From assembly GCA_964036045.1 (NCBI GenBank), contig OZ038378.1, forward strand, positions 3,968,001 to 4,032,000: a DNA stretch of 64,000 nt. The letters run 5' to 3'. The translations under genes and the position numbers were made by a program. The DNA is from Eutreptiella sp. 'Long Island Sound 2002'. Lineage: Eukaryota > Protista > Euglenida. Position 1 is the first letter of the stretch. Each line of letters opens with the position of its first letter. The notes under the pieces were generated by a model. That model had not been told where the DNA came from. It worked only from the letters and a program-made list of their open reading frames with translations, and searched no databases. This document shows, in pieces, positions 21,801 through 35,042 of the stretch.

Positions 21801-24800
21801 GTACCATCTGCCACCTGTTGTGTGAGACGGTACAGGGCTCTGGTTAGCCTCCCTCTGGCTGTCGCACCCGTTTAGTTACCGTCAGACGCTGATGCCGGCC
21901 CCATCCCGCGCTTGCCCTGCCCTTGGGCCAGTCGTGGCGCGTCTCCGCTCCCCCTCCATGTTCTCTGTCTTCAGCCCCCATCCGCAGAGGGACTGTCCCT
22001 TAAAGTGGGCGGTCTTGCACTCATGGCGATTGGGGCATTGACGGCAGCTGTTGCCCAGTGGAAGAGCGGGCCCAAGACTTTGGCTTCCCAGGCTCCCGCC
22101 CCTGCGTTTGCGGGCGTGAGCGTGCACGGCACGCCCGCTCCAGGACCAGCGGTTGCCATGTTCACTACGACAGGGGCGGTTGGTATGTCATTGTCGGGGT
22201 TGTGCTCGTGCAGCAGTCCATCCCTTCGGTGTGCGCTATTTGGCGGGCGCTCTCCCCACGCCACAACCAACGGTGCACCATATGCCTCACGCCCTCATGG
22301 GACCATTCGAGTCAGTGCATCATTTGGGTCGTCATTGTACCACCGCCACCGGAGGTTGTGTGCATGAATCCGAATCTTGACTGTCTGGGCTGTGGATAGG
22401 GGCTCATAGTCATCAAATGGCATTTACGAGCTCAAGAGAGGGCAAGTGAGAGGGGGCCGGCTGCAAGGGGGTCTCCCAGAGCACACCAAGACCCATGAGA
22501 GACCCATGACTGGGGGCGTCTGTCTCAACAAGTCTGATTCCTCATTGGCCCCGCCTTTCATAACCGTGTGCGGTCAGCACTCCGTGCAGATGCAAGCGAA
22601 TGCTGCTTCGTGTCAAGGTTAATCAGGCCAAAGACGCCAATGTGGGGGTGAACAGCAGTTCGAGAGCGATTGGGGGTGGGTGAACGTTGTACAGGCGATG
22701 GAAGGGCAGTTTATGGCACATCTGAAAGTGGTCGCAACAGGCCCTCATGGCGGGGGGTGCAGATCCATCCACAACATCGTTGTCGGACTCTGGCCTGATG
22801 TACCGTGCCACTCAGATTGACACCCGCTGCGTAGAGCCATCACTCCCGAAACACGTTCGCGGGTTGGCCCGCTCTCCTACTACGCCGTGCGTCCTCAGTG
22901 TACTGTAGGCCACTGGAACAAACTTCCACTGGGCGTCCAGTCGTTCCTGCCACGCCTTAGCCCAGACACGTGGACATCTGAAGCGCAGTGACGTGTCCGC
23001 GGACCCCCTGCTTCCCTTTCGGGATTGGACCAACCAACACTAAGCCTGAAGAATACCTCCTGCCTGTCTGCGCCCTCCCTCCCCCAGTCATACCTCTTTG
23101 GGAAGGGCGGGGAACGGATTCCTGCAACTCGCCACAGGGCCCATGTTGCTTGATCTCTGAAATTTTTGGTGGTAGGCATAAGCACACGGTCCAGGCACCC
23201 ATCCAGCCTCCAATCCAACCTGCCCGACCTGTAGGGGCCGTGGGGCCTGTTGCGGAATACTGCATGCAGCATCCCTCCCTCCCGGCCTTGGCAGCAGGCC
23301 TTTGCTTAGTGGCTGGTTGATACTATACCGGGGGGGGTGGGGGTCAGAGGCCAAAAAAAAGTTTGTGTACCTAAAATCGACCTCCAAGTTCGGGCCCCTT
23401 TGATAAATCACCTCGAAGAGGGTTGTTAGATCAAGCGCAGGTGCGTATGCCATATACCCCCCTTTTTGGGGGTCATTCGCGTACGATACCCCAAGGTATG
23501 GTACCGGATGTCCAACCCCTTGTAAAATCATCATTTTAGGAGAGAAAATGATCCCCCAATGAATTTTTCGTTTTTGACCCCTTTACCCCCCCGTACCCGG
23601 GTACCCCTTTTTGGGGGGGTGGGTGGGGGGGGGGTGTCGGGGGGGGGGGGGGGTCAAAACTACTTTGCGTATTGTGGCTGCTGTGTGTGGAATTGGACCC
23701 AGGTCCGGGGCAACTTTTTTCTTGTACATGGACCCCCTAACCCATGGTGGGGGTCCCGGGTTCGAACTCCGGGTACCCCCGGTCGCCCCCCCCTATGGGC
23801 CCTTGCTAGTGAGGACTTAGCCGTTTTCACACTGGATAAGGCTGTTTAGTGACACCTGCAAGATTTCCGAAATTGGACTTTTTCGGAAACCCTTCTGTCG
23901 CCCCTGGGATGGGTTTGGGTGATGATTTAGTGACAATACGGGTACTTGAGCACCCATGGGGACCCACATAGTGGCCGCCAAGCCCATCTAGTCCGAGCCA
24001 TGGCCCCCCCAAAAGCCCCAAAATTGCCATTGTGTAGGCTGTTTAGTGACACCTGCAAGATTTCCGAAATTCGACTTTTTTGGAAACCCTTCTGTCGCCC
24101 CTGGGATGGGTTTGGGTGATGATTTAGTGACAATACGGGTACTTGAGCACCCACGGGGACCCACGTAGTGGCCGCCAAGCCCATATAGCCCGAGCCATGG
24201 CCCTCCAAAAAGCCCCGAAATTGGCGTTGTGTACGCTGTTTAGTGACACCTGCAAGATTTCCGAAATTGGACTTTTTTGGAAATCCTTCTGTCGCCCTTG
24301 GGATGGGTTTGGGTGATGATTTAGTGACAATACGGGTACTTGAGCACCCACGGGGACCCACATAGTGGCCACTGGGCCCATCTACTCCGAGCCATGGGCC
24401 CCCCAAAAGCTTCAAAATTGCTGTTTGTAGGTGGTTCAATGGCCTTTGGTGTGTGCACAAACTGCTTAAGCAGTTTTTCCACTCTCTACAGGTCAAAAAT
24501 GGAAATTTTTGCAAAACATTTTTTTGATATTGTGACCACTTACAATGATGAAATATGATATGTAAAGCATGATTTAGCCCTCTTTTACGTGTTTTTTCAC
24601 CCTATTTGGGTGTTGGGGGGGGGGGTCTCCCAAGGGGTGTAGGGCACAACCTGCTTATGCAGTTTTTCCGCCTCGGCAGCTCAAAAATGGAACTTTCCGA
24701 AAGTATTTTTTTTGATAATTTGACCATCCAAAATCATCAAATATCCTATGTAAAGCATGTTTTAGCCCCTCTTTATGCGTTTTTCACCCTATTTGGGTGT

Positions 24801-27800
24801 TGGGGGGGAGGGGGGGGGCTCCCAAGGGGTCTTGGGCACAACCTGCTTATGCAGTTTTTCCGCCTCGGCAGCTCAAAAATGGAAAATTCCAAAACTGATT
24901 TTTTTTGATAACTTGACCATCCAAAATGATCAAATATCCTATGCAAAGCATGTTGTAGCCCCTCTTTATGCGTTTTTCACCCTATTTGTGTGTTTGGGGG
25001 GGGGGGGGGGGCGGGCTCCCAAGGGGTCTAGGGCACAACCTACTTATGCAGCTTTCCCGCCTGAGCAGCTCAAAAAAAGGCTGTCCCTCTCCCCTCTTCG
25101 AGGTGCCTTGCCGAAGGCAATAGAAATCACCTCGCAGAGGTTGTTAGATCAAAGCCAGGCAGGCGTATATAGGGGAAAAATGCCACATACCCCCCCCATT
25201 TTGGCCTTTTTGGGCCTATTCGCGTACCCTACCCCAAGGGGTTGAATTGTTAGTTTAACCCCTTGTAAAAATCATTATTTTGTCCAATAAACACATCCCC
25301 CAATGGGTTTTTGGTCCGGACCCCCCTAGACCCCCCCCACTTGAAACCCACTTTTTTGAGGTTTTCAAGGAGGGGNNNNNNNNNNNNNNNNNNNNNNNNN
25401 NNNNNNNNNNNNNNNNNNNNNNNNNNNNNNNNNNNNNNNNNNNNNNNNNNNNNNNNNNNNNNNNNNNNNNNNNNNNNNNNNNNNNNNNNNNNNNNNNNNN
25501 NNNNNNNNNNNNNNNNNNNNNNNNNNNNNNNNNNNNNNNNNNNNNNNNNNNNNNNNNNNNNNNNNNNNNNNNNNNCTTGTTTTTCTGATATTGTGACCAC
25601 CTAAAATGATCATCCAAGGTATGTAAAGCATTTTTTTAGGCCGTATGTACATCTTTTTCACCCTATTTGGGGATTAGGTCCCGGGGGTGGGGGGGGGGGG
25701 TCTCCCAAGGGATTGGTACACAACTTGCTAGTGCATTTTTTCACCCTGGGCAGCTCAAAAATCGAAGTTTTTGAAACTTGTTTTTTTGATACCGTGATCA
25801 CCTAAAATGATCATCCAAGGTATGTAAAGCATGTTTAGCCGGCACTTATGTAGTTCCACCCTATTTGGGGTGTGTGTTGCTCGCGGTAGATTCTCTGCGA
25901 GGTGGACTTGCCGAAGGCAATAGAATTTTCTGATGTGGGTGGGTGGGTGGGTGGGTCAGCCAAAATCCGGGGGCCAATTTGCCCCCCCCCCCCCCCAGTA
26001 TCACTAAGCAAAGGCCTGGCCAACTTGGCACTCCCTCCTCCTGCATCCCAGCGCTGCCCCGCTGTGGCACTGCTGTGCGGAGGGGAGGGGGGGGCAAGGG
26101 GACAGGGGGCAGAGCGGTGCTGTGCAGGCCGCCTAGACTAGCATACAAGGCAGGGCAGGGCAGGGCAGTGCAATGCAGCGCAGGTAACGTCGGAAGGGCA
26201 GCAGTGCAATGCAGGGAAGGCCACGTCAGCGCAGAGCAAGTTCAACAACATTTGTGGCATTCCTTGCTCCTGCTCCCACACTGTTGCACTTCCTGTAGTC
26301 CCTCCTCCTCCTCCTCCTCCCTCCTCCTCCTCCTCCCTCCTCCTCCTTCCTCCTCTCCTCCTCCTCCTCCTCCTCCTCCTCCTCCTCCTCCTCCTCCTCC
26401 TCCTCCTCCTCCTCCTCCTCCTCCCCTCCTCCTCCTCCTCCTCCTCCTCCTCCTCCCTCCTCCTCCTCCTGTTCAGTCCCTGATGCCGAGATCAAGAAGC
26501 ACTCCGAGGTGCCACATGAAGCACTTGGGTACGAACTTGTGAAGACCGAATTTCTGACCGAATACAACAGCGAAGTGTCCCTGTACAAGCACAAAAAGAC
26601 AGGTATCACCCAGCTTGTGAATCCCATGGATTTCACTGCCCCCCTGTAAAATGTGGCCGTGCGTGACTATTTGTGGGGTGATGGACAGTTGTGGATGACT
26701 GGCCGCAACGACGAGTAAATGAGTGAGTGAGTGAGTGAGTGAGAGAGAGAGAGAGTGTGTGTGTGTGTGCATGTGTGAGTTACGACTCCCCGGTCCTCGA
26801 TCACTGGGAGATTTCTGCACCACAGAAACCCGTCCAAGTCGCATGTCCGAGTGAACGCCAAAATGCCTAAATACTCTGTGCTGCTTGCCTGAGAGGGCTC
26901 AGTCTGCCCCTGGATGCTGCCGAACTGGCCCACTTTTGTGCCACAGAGCATATGTCGTGTACATGGGCCGGGGTGGGGACAGGGGGACAGGGGGAGGTTT
27001 GGAGGGGGGGGGGGGGGGCGACCGCATGCATACCATCCACAGAGCTGGAAAGCTCCAACAGCTGTAGGATGACCACCTTAGAACCCTCCGGCACGAAGAG
27101 CACCGAGCGTAGGCGATTCACTGCACGGAACAAGAATGCAATCGGTGGCAACACAACTGCCACCACCCAGACGCAACAATTGCCTGCCGTATCCAGTGGT
27201 CGGCGTGGATTCCCTCAACGGGCACAGCTTGCACCACTGCACTAGAAACTTCTTTTCACTGCCTCACATCACTTCGCCGCCACGTTGCAGGCCTCTACAT
27301 CTCGAACTCCATCCCAATCTGAATCCCATTAGGGATGTGCGTAGTGTTTGGCCTACCCTATGGGGTTTGGGGGTGGGTATTTCGGTACACGTGGGTGCGC
27401 CATTTTGCTGGTGGGCGGGTTGGCAACACAGGCGCCGGAACAAAATTTTTTGCCGTTTTTTGCTTTTGGGTGAGGTGGTGGTACAGCGGATGGGTGGATG
27501 CAGTCCAACAGCCCCCCCCCCCCCCCATATGGGGGTGGGACATTTCTGGGTGGGTCTCTTAACCCCCCCCCCCCCGGGGCCACTCGTAGTTAATCACAAC
27601 CCTGACCCCAATCCGAATCCCAATCCCAATCCCAATCCCAATCCCAATCCCAATCCCAATCCTATTCCCATCTGCAAAGGTAACTTGAATGTTATGGTTC
27701 CTGGTGGCATCTATCCAAAACTGTGCGCAACACCCTGGAAAAAAAAATCAAACACATCAAACATGCACAACAGCGTTTCGCCAGGCCGAAAATCGATACC

Positions 27801-30800
27801 CCATGAAAAGCCCCCCCCCCCCCCCCTCCCCGCATGTTACATGATGTTGCGGTGGTGGAAGCTGAAGACCAGTAAATGCGGATGAAAACCAACCGTGCCA
27901 AGGAGGGAAAACGGTAAACGCTTTGAGAAAACATGGGCCACAATGAGAAGACTGCATGTCCTGAGGGTATGTGATGGTCATACCATTGGCTACAAATTAT
28001 CTCATATTGTGCATTTCCCCCTCCGTCTTGTACCTCTTCCTTCAGTTGCTGCGGGTTGCTTCCATCCTCTGGATATTGCCCAATTCATAGGTGCGGAAGT
28101 GCTTTCCCTTGCGAATACCGACGAGAACAAGGTGTTTGGCATTACCTTCCGGACTACACCATCCGATTCCACTGGTATTCCGCATATCTTGGAGCACTCT
28201 GTCTTGTGCGGCAGTCGGAAGTATCCAGTAAAGGTTTGTGCTTGGGGGCCGGCTGTTTTGAGAAACCGTGATCCGTCGGCGAGAGATCCTGGGAGTGTTG
28301 TGGGAAGTGGGGGGCGGCGTCTCCTGGGCACATGCCGAGGCCCTCGTCCACCATCCCCCTTGGAAATGTTCTCCATAACCCGGTGAGACTGATGAAGCGC
28401 TTGTGTGTCCAGACGCTGGGTCACACGGCTCTTGATTCTGGTGTCATCCGCGTGTGCTGAGACAGTGAGGGGCATCAGCGTGGGACGGCAACAAGCACAC
28501 GGCACGTTCGCAGGAGCCATTTGTGGAGTTATTGAAGGGCTCCTTGAACACGTTCCTCAATGCCATGACGTTTCCTGACAAGACCTGCTACCCCGTGGCA
28601 TCCACGAATACGAAGGACTTCTACAACTTGGTGGATGTGTATCTGGATGCGGTCTTCTACCCCAATATTGATGAGGTGTGAGTGCATGGCCTGTTGCCCC
28701 GCGGCCGTGGGGTTCTAAGTTCGCACAAAGCCCCTGACGGTGGGGACGGCTCTGGCAGGCCTCCGCACATGCAGGATGCGCATACGTGAGAAGCTCCGTC
28801 AGGAGCGTAGCCCGGCCGGAGCTGGGGAGAAGGGGGGGGCGAGCCCTACAGGGAGGTCGAGTGCCACATGCCGAGCATGGTGAACCCGAGCTGGGTCGCT
28901 GGTTGGGGCGGGGGGCGGGGGGGAGGCTGTTGGTGACGAACACCGCGGCTGAAGGGGTGTGGAGCTGTAGGGAGCCAGAGAGGCGTGGGAAGTGTGCGGC
29001 CGACGCGCTGAGACAGGCCCTCCACAACATAACGGGAGGCAAATGTGTTGGAGTGTGTGTTGCATTACCGTGTTCTTTCGGTAGCTGGCGATGGTTGACC
29101 ACCAACGCGGTTGGGGTCACCCCCGAACATCCCACACCAAGTGCCAATCCCAAACGGCATGCGTCGGGCCATGCGGCCTTGACAATGCCCTGGCTCTGGA
29201 GACTGCCCGGTGTAGGATGCGCTGCTGCGGTGGGATGACCCTTAGTTCGTGCATGCGTCACACGTCGGCTGTCGTGCACCCGCGCAGACATGGGCGCATT
29301 CAGTCGCACATGCACATCTGCCGTCAGGAAACTCTCATGCAAGAGGGGTACCATTTGGAGGCTGACACGCCCGGCGACGACTTGACCTACAAGGGGGTTG
29401 TGTTCAATGAGATGAAGGTATGGCGACTGCATTCCCATTGACAGTTAAAGAGGGTCAGTGGCGTCCGCTTCGGTGGTGGCCTGCCCTTTGGTCTTTCATG
29501 AGCAGGGGGCGTAACCGATTTCGGGTCCTTGAACACCACCCACTTTCGAATGCGTCGTTTCGGGACAATAACGGAGCTCGTGAAAGTGGGTGCCATCCGC
29601 TGCGAAATGGGGAGCTGCGGCCGGTGGCTGTAGTAGTGCACGCCAAAGGGTTCGTGGCCAGTATCCAGTCCTTGGGCCTCTGTCCTGCGTTCCGTTTCAT
29701 TGCAATGCATCTTTCCTCGGCAGACTTCCCTCCAGCGTCCGCCCCCCGGTAATGCCTGCCTTGCATCTGCAATGTGGAGCTCAGTGGACGGTAGCTTCCT
29801 CTGATCTGTCGCAAGTGGCAGACGCCGAAAGCAAGTGTGGTCCTCTGTTCTGTGGGGGCTCCCTCTTTGCCACACCCTCCTGCGTGTCCAGGGAGTGTAC
29901 TCTCAACCAGACTCCATCCATGCCCGTGCATCTATGAAAGGCTTGTTCGTCGACCCAAAGGTAATCTGTAGTCTGTGCCCCTGCCGTCGGTGCCAGCGTT
30001 GTTGTGTGCTTGTTGGCGCGCACAAGTGTCATGTTCTGTGCTGGGGTGGACAGCGACGAGGAAACCAGGTCTGCGTGGGCCCCGCCTCAAGGGCGCACTC
30101 GCATGTGACCCCAGTTCCCCTCCCCCTCCTCTTTACTTAATGTGTGGCCATGAACTCTCATACGGCACACACGGACACTAAAAGGGCCTACTTGGTGGTG
30201 CATGGCCTCCCATGGCTTTATACGTACCCCCATCGTCAGCAAATGAACACAGAGGGCAGTGCGCAGGAAAGGGAAGGTCAAGGGTTGTCCTGTGCCCTTG
30301 TTGGGGAACTGACCCCATAGGTGGACGTCCCAGGGCCCAAGGGCCATTGTTGGAGAGGGTCCATCAGCCGCTGGCATGGGCCAAACCCGACACAGAGTTG
30401 TGAAACAGGGGCAGTCCAGGGGCTCTGTTGGCCCAACCGACCAAGGGAGGGGTAAGGATGGGCCAGACCAGCAGAGCAAGGGCATCAGGTGGTGAGAGGC
30501 CAGAGGGCACCGCCACCTCCCAATGGAGAAGATTTACAGGAAGGCCAAGGGTCAGTGGCGTGAGACCAACAGGCCCCGCCAGCTGCTGACATCCGCTCTG
30601 GCGTCACCCCTTCCCCCCCCCCCCCCCCCACCTGACACAACCAAAACACAGAGGGTCAGAATGAGCAGTGGCGAGAGGCCAATAGGCGCCGCCAAAGGCA
30701 ACCAATCTGATACCGAGGCCTTGTGCCAAACAGTTTTTTGGCGTGTATCCCAAAAATATTTTTTTCTGTATCCAGTGTATCCCAGAGCTTTTTTTTGTGT

Positions 30801-33800
30801 ATCAGGTGTGTATCCCAATTTTTTTTCTTGTGTACCAGGCAGATTTTTTGCTGGTGAAGGTGGGAGGGCATGCATAGTCAGGGGTTCAATTCCTGGTAAG
30901 CAATTATCTGATATGTCTGTGACTGTGACACTGTCTTTCTTTGTATGTCAATCCTGATGTCCTATTTGTTTGTGTCTGCAGGACACCATGAAACGAGCAA
31001 AGCTACTCACACTTTTCACACCCACAAACCCCTCTCAGTCATCCTCTCAAGTGAATGACCGAGATTTCTGTCTTCTTCTTTTGTTGTGTGTGTACCATGT
31101 GTGTATCCCCCCAAAAAATTTTCTGAACCGGTTGTGTATCCCAAAAATTTTTTTTGTGTATTTCACGTTACGCGGATACACACTAACCAGAAGTCTGGTG
31201 CCAAATGCCCCCATTCTCCCAACCCCAGGGCGCGTGTCCTGGACATACAGCCCTTCTTCCTGGTGACAACACAGTGAAGACAAGGCATGTGCGTGCGTGC
31301 GGGTGGTGGGCCTGTGCCAGGCCCTTTTTCACACCGCGAGGGGGTGCATATTCCTCTTCCGCGAAAGAAAAATGGTCAACGGCCAGTGGGCCAACCTCAC
31401 GTCATGACAGCGGCTGCAGCTGCTTGCACCCCCGGGGGTGCTTTGTGTCACCAGGCAGAAGGTGTGGGGCACCGGCACCAGGGATCCTTCGGACCGCCAC
31501 TTGGTCATGGAGGAGCCCCTGGTCAAAGGCCCGACACGAGGCAGGAAAAGCAGTGGTACGACGGTTTTTTTTTATGGCCGTTGGTGCACGCCTTTGCCCC
31601 GTCCCCCTGGACCCATCTGCCGCTTGCAGTTCGTGTCAGAGCTGGGGAAAGTTGTGTAGGCCTTCTTGCGGCCCTTTTGCTGTGGACCGCGGGAGGAGGA
31701 GGAGGGCAGGGGGGGGGGGGGGTCATTCATGGCCCACCCCCAATGCCGAGGCGACCCCACCATCGAGCCGCAGGGGCATACCCTCGAACGCCCCAGCGCA
31801 GCCACCCCCCCCCCCCCCGCAACAGTGTCCTGTTCAAGGCCCTCCTCTGGGGGGGGGGGGGGCACAACCACCGCAAAACTAGAGCACCCCGAACGCCTCT
31901 CAGAGCGCGTGCGCTGCGCCACACATTTCGGTCTGCCCCAGGCTTTCGGGCCGCTGACAAGGCGAGCGTGACCCCCTGACGTGAGGTCGGAGGGACACGC
32001 ACGCCCAGCCCCACCCTCATCGGGAGACACAAGTCGACACCAGAACAGCGGCACAGCGGCACCTCCGGCCACGGGTTATGTCAGCACCCAAAACAACAAC
32101 AACGAGGCCTGATGTACCGGGAGCGTCCACAGACCTCACAAAAGTGGACCATTTGCGGCGTGGGCCCATTTGTTCTGTGGCCTCCGGATGTAGGTCTTCA
32201 GGCAGAGGGCCCCATGTTTGATTCGTTCCACTGGGCGTCGCTGTGACCACCGGGTCGTCAGACTGAAGCCACGGGAAGGGCCCATGTGGAACGGAGCACC
32301 GGTTTCGCCGACGCACACCGTCCGGGGCTTCACAAATGCAAACAAAGATTCAGAAAACCCAAAGCACTGCGCACAAGAAGCACCAACCGGCACACGGATT
32401 CGGTTTTTAATCCCCCCCCCCCCCCTGCCCGCTTTCCCCGACAGCCTTTCTGCATGCGTGTATTCAGGTCACGTACAGCATCGACAGTGGGGGTGATCCG
32501 ACAGTGATCCCCAATCTGACCTTTGAGCGGTACATGAATTTCCACAAGAACTACTACCACCCCAGGTACGTGCCCCTCCAAGTGCGAGGGTGGATTTCTG
32601 CGATGTGAACTGAAGTTTTTTGCGTCGTACCATTTTTCGTGTGAGTTGGGGGGGGGGGTGACTGCTGCATTTACCATAATTACTCAGGCGGTCGGTTATA
32701 CTGGGCATACGTTTGCATGGAATGTGATTCGCTCCATATCGCCCGTTCCATGTGAGGGTGCGTGACCATCTGCATGAATAAGGCCTGCCACTGTGTGTCA
32801 CATCCTCCAAAAGCCCCCCCCCCCCCTCCCCACACCCTGGGTTCTTAAACCTAAGGTCCAACAACCGTCCAACGTGGTGCGGGCCGAACGGGGCCAGCAA
32901 TCAGCACACACAGCGTGGGACTGACCGCTGACCGGTGTGCACGCCTAACCCAATAGAGTCCACGAGTCCAAGGGCCCAGATCAGACCGTAAAGGACGAGA
33001 TGACCAGGGAGAGGGCAGGGAGCGAGCACACAAGACATTGGCTGTGCGGACGATCGGCGGACATTGGCTCGAACAATGGACAGTAGGCGGTGAAGGCCGT
33101 GGGGAGCAGGCGCGGCTGGAGCCTAATGCGGACATTGCAACCTGACCCATTGCAGCCTCCCCACACCCAAAATGCATTTGAGCGGGCAGGGCAAGTGGAC
33201 GTGAGGTGTTTGCCCCCCAGCACATTGAGTCACACTCTGGAACCCCAAATATTGGGCCAGGGAAACCCCCCCACGTTGTGGTTTTTGTTTGGTTTTGGGG
33301 GCCAGGGGTGGCCCTCCTGAAGTATGACAGTCTGAAGTGCTGGGCAGTTCATACCCTCCAATCCAGTGCCTGCACTGTGATGCCCATCCGGGCCCCAACC
33401 GCAGCCGAATAGGCCAACCCAGCAGCAGAAAGAGGCATTTGAGGGCCTACGCAACTATCTCACCCTCGTTGGTGGGGCATGGGGGAGGGCCCACATCAAG
33501 GTCTCCTGTCCCAAGGACTACCCACTCGGGCAGAGTGCAAGGAGTAAGGCGGAGCTTTTGAGCCGAGAGCCCGAGGCACGAGGCTTGGCACCCAACCGCA
33601 GCAGACCCCCATTGCATGAGCGGAGTGAAGGGCACCTGCCTGGGCGGCGCCTGCCCGCGAGGCGAGTGCACAGGAGGCGGAAGGTTGCCTGAAGTACGCA
33701 ATGCCATTTCGAGCCACGATCCTGATTCGCACAGCAAGGCATTATCTTCGGCCTCCACTGGCGCGGAACCATGAGGTCAGGTCAGGTCAGGTATTGCCAG

Positions 33801-34802
33801 CTACCACCGTCCGTCAGCCCGCTATTCAGCGTCCGATGGCAGGACGTCTGGCCGAAACACACACACACTCAGAGGCCCAGAGAGGGCACCAGCCGGTAGA
33901 GAAGCTACCTGACCCAGACAGGGCTTGAGCTGGGGAACTTGGTATGGCAGTGGTACCTCTGCCTCATCCGGATAGCACCGTCCCCGGGAGGAGCGCCCCG
34001 TATTGGCTGATCCCGGTGGTGGGGGCCCGCTCCTTCCCATCCGACTCGAGCGCGGAACCATGAGGCATGTCCTGGTCTCTCATAGTGCCGGCAGTGCATG
34101 GATGAGGTGGGGTGTCCAGGCCCAGTACTGAGACCAGCTCTTGGACAGAGGCTTATGGATCCCTTGCGACAGCAAGTACTGATGGATCTGCGTGTGGTTC
34201 TCGACATTCGGTGTGTGGGTGTCCGACACCAGACGCCTCTTTCTCAACTGCAGAGGTTTACGCCCCCCCCCCCCCTCCTGCCATTTCATCCGCATTTCCA
34301 CACCGAGACGCTAAGACACTGATGCATCTGAGCCAAGACGTGCAGACCCCATCATTCTCACTGCCTTCATGGCTTGCCTGCACCCCCATTCCTGACCCTG
34401 TGCCAGAGGGGTTGCGTGTGCCACCAGCCCCGCCGCCTGCTGTGCCTACTCTCAGCAATTCTCGGGTGTTCTTCTACGGAGACGATGATTTGGAAAAGCG
34501 CCTGCACATCCTGAACGAGTATCTCGATGTATGTTCGGTTGTGCATCGGAGACGAATGTTGTTATGTTGTAGGCTTGGCTCATGCGTCCTTTTGTGAAAG
34601 CAGCAACGTGGCACCAGCAGCAGCAGCACCAGCAGTAGCAGAGGTGGGACGGTTGGGATGGCAGCACAGTGATGGCAGCAGGAGCATCGGCAGCACCCAT
34701 TGAGTCCCCGATTGCAACCGTTCAGTTCTCAATTTCTGATCAATGGTGGACGCGTCGGCATCCAGGAGAGCATAGCAGTCTGGTCTTTACAGTGCAGTGC
34801 TT

Positions 34803-34844
<42 letters not shown>

Positions 34845-34953
34845 ACACACGCACGCACGCACGCACGCATGCACGCACGCACGCACGCGCGCGCGCGCAC
34901 GCACGCACGCACGCACGCACGCACCCACACACCCACACACCCACACACCCACA

Positions 34954-35042
<89 letters not shown>

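Noticed and set aside
21975-21987. Alternative acceptor for PreP exon 4 at 21974
   Set aside because: It gives phase 0, incompatible with the phase-1 donor of exon 3; the acceptor at 21987 restores the frame.
20780-23290. Protein-like ORFs in PreP introns 3-4 (21032-21391 +; 22623-23033 -)
   Set aside because: No recognisable domain, splice context or TE termini; left unassigned.
23756-23772. tRNA gene (T-loop GGTTCGAAC stem); similarly 30852-30895
   Set aside because: Only an isolated T-arm/B-box-like motif; no acceptor, D or anticodon stems could be folded.
25250-25661. ORFs spanning the N run
   Set aside because: Artefacts of the assembly gap.
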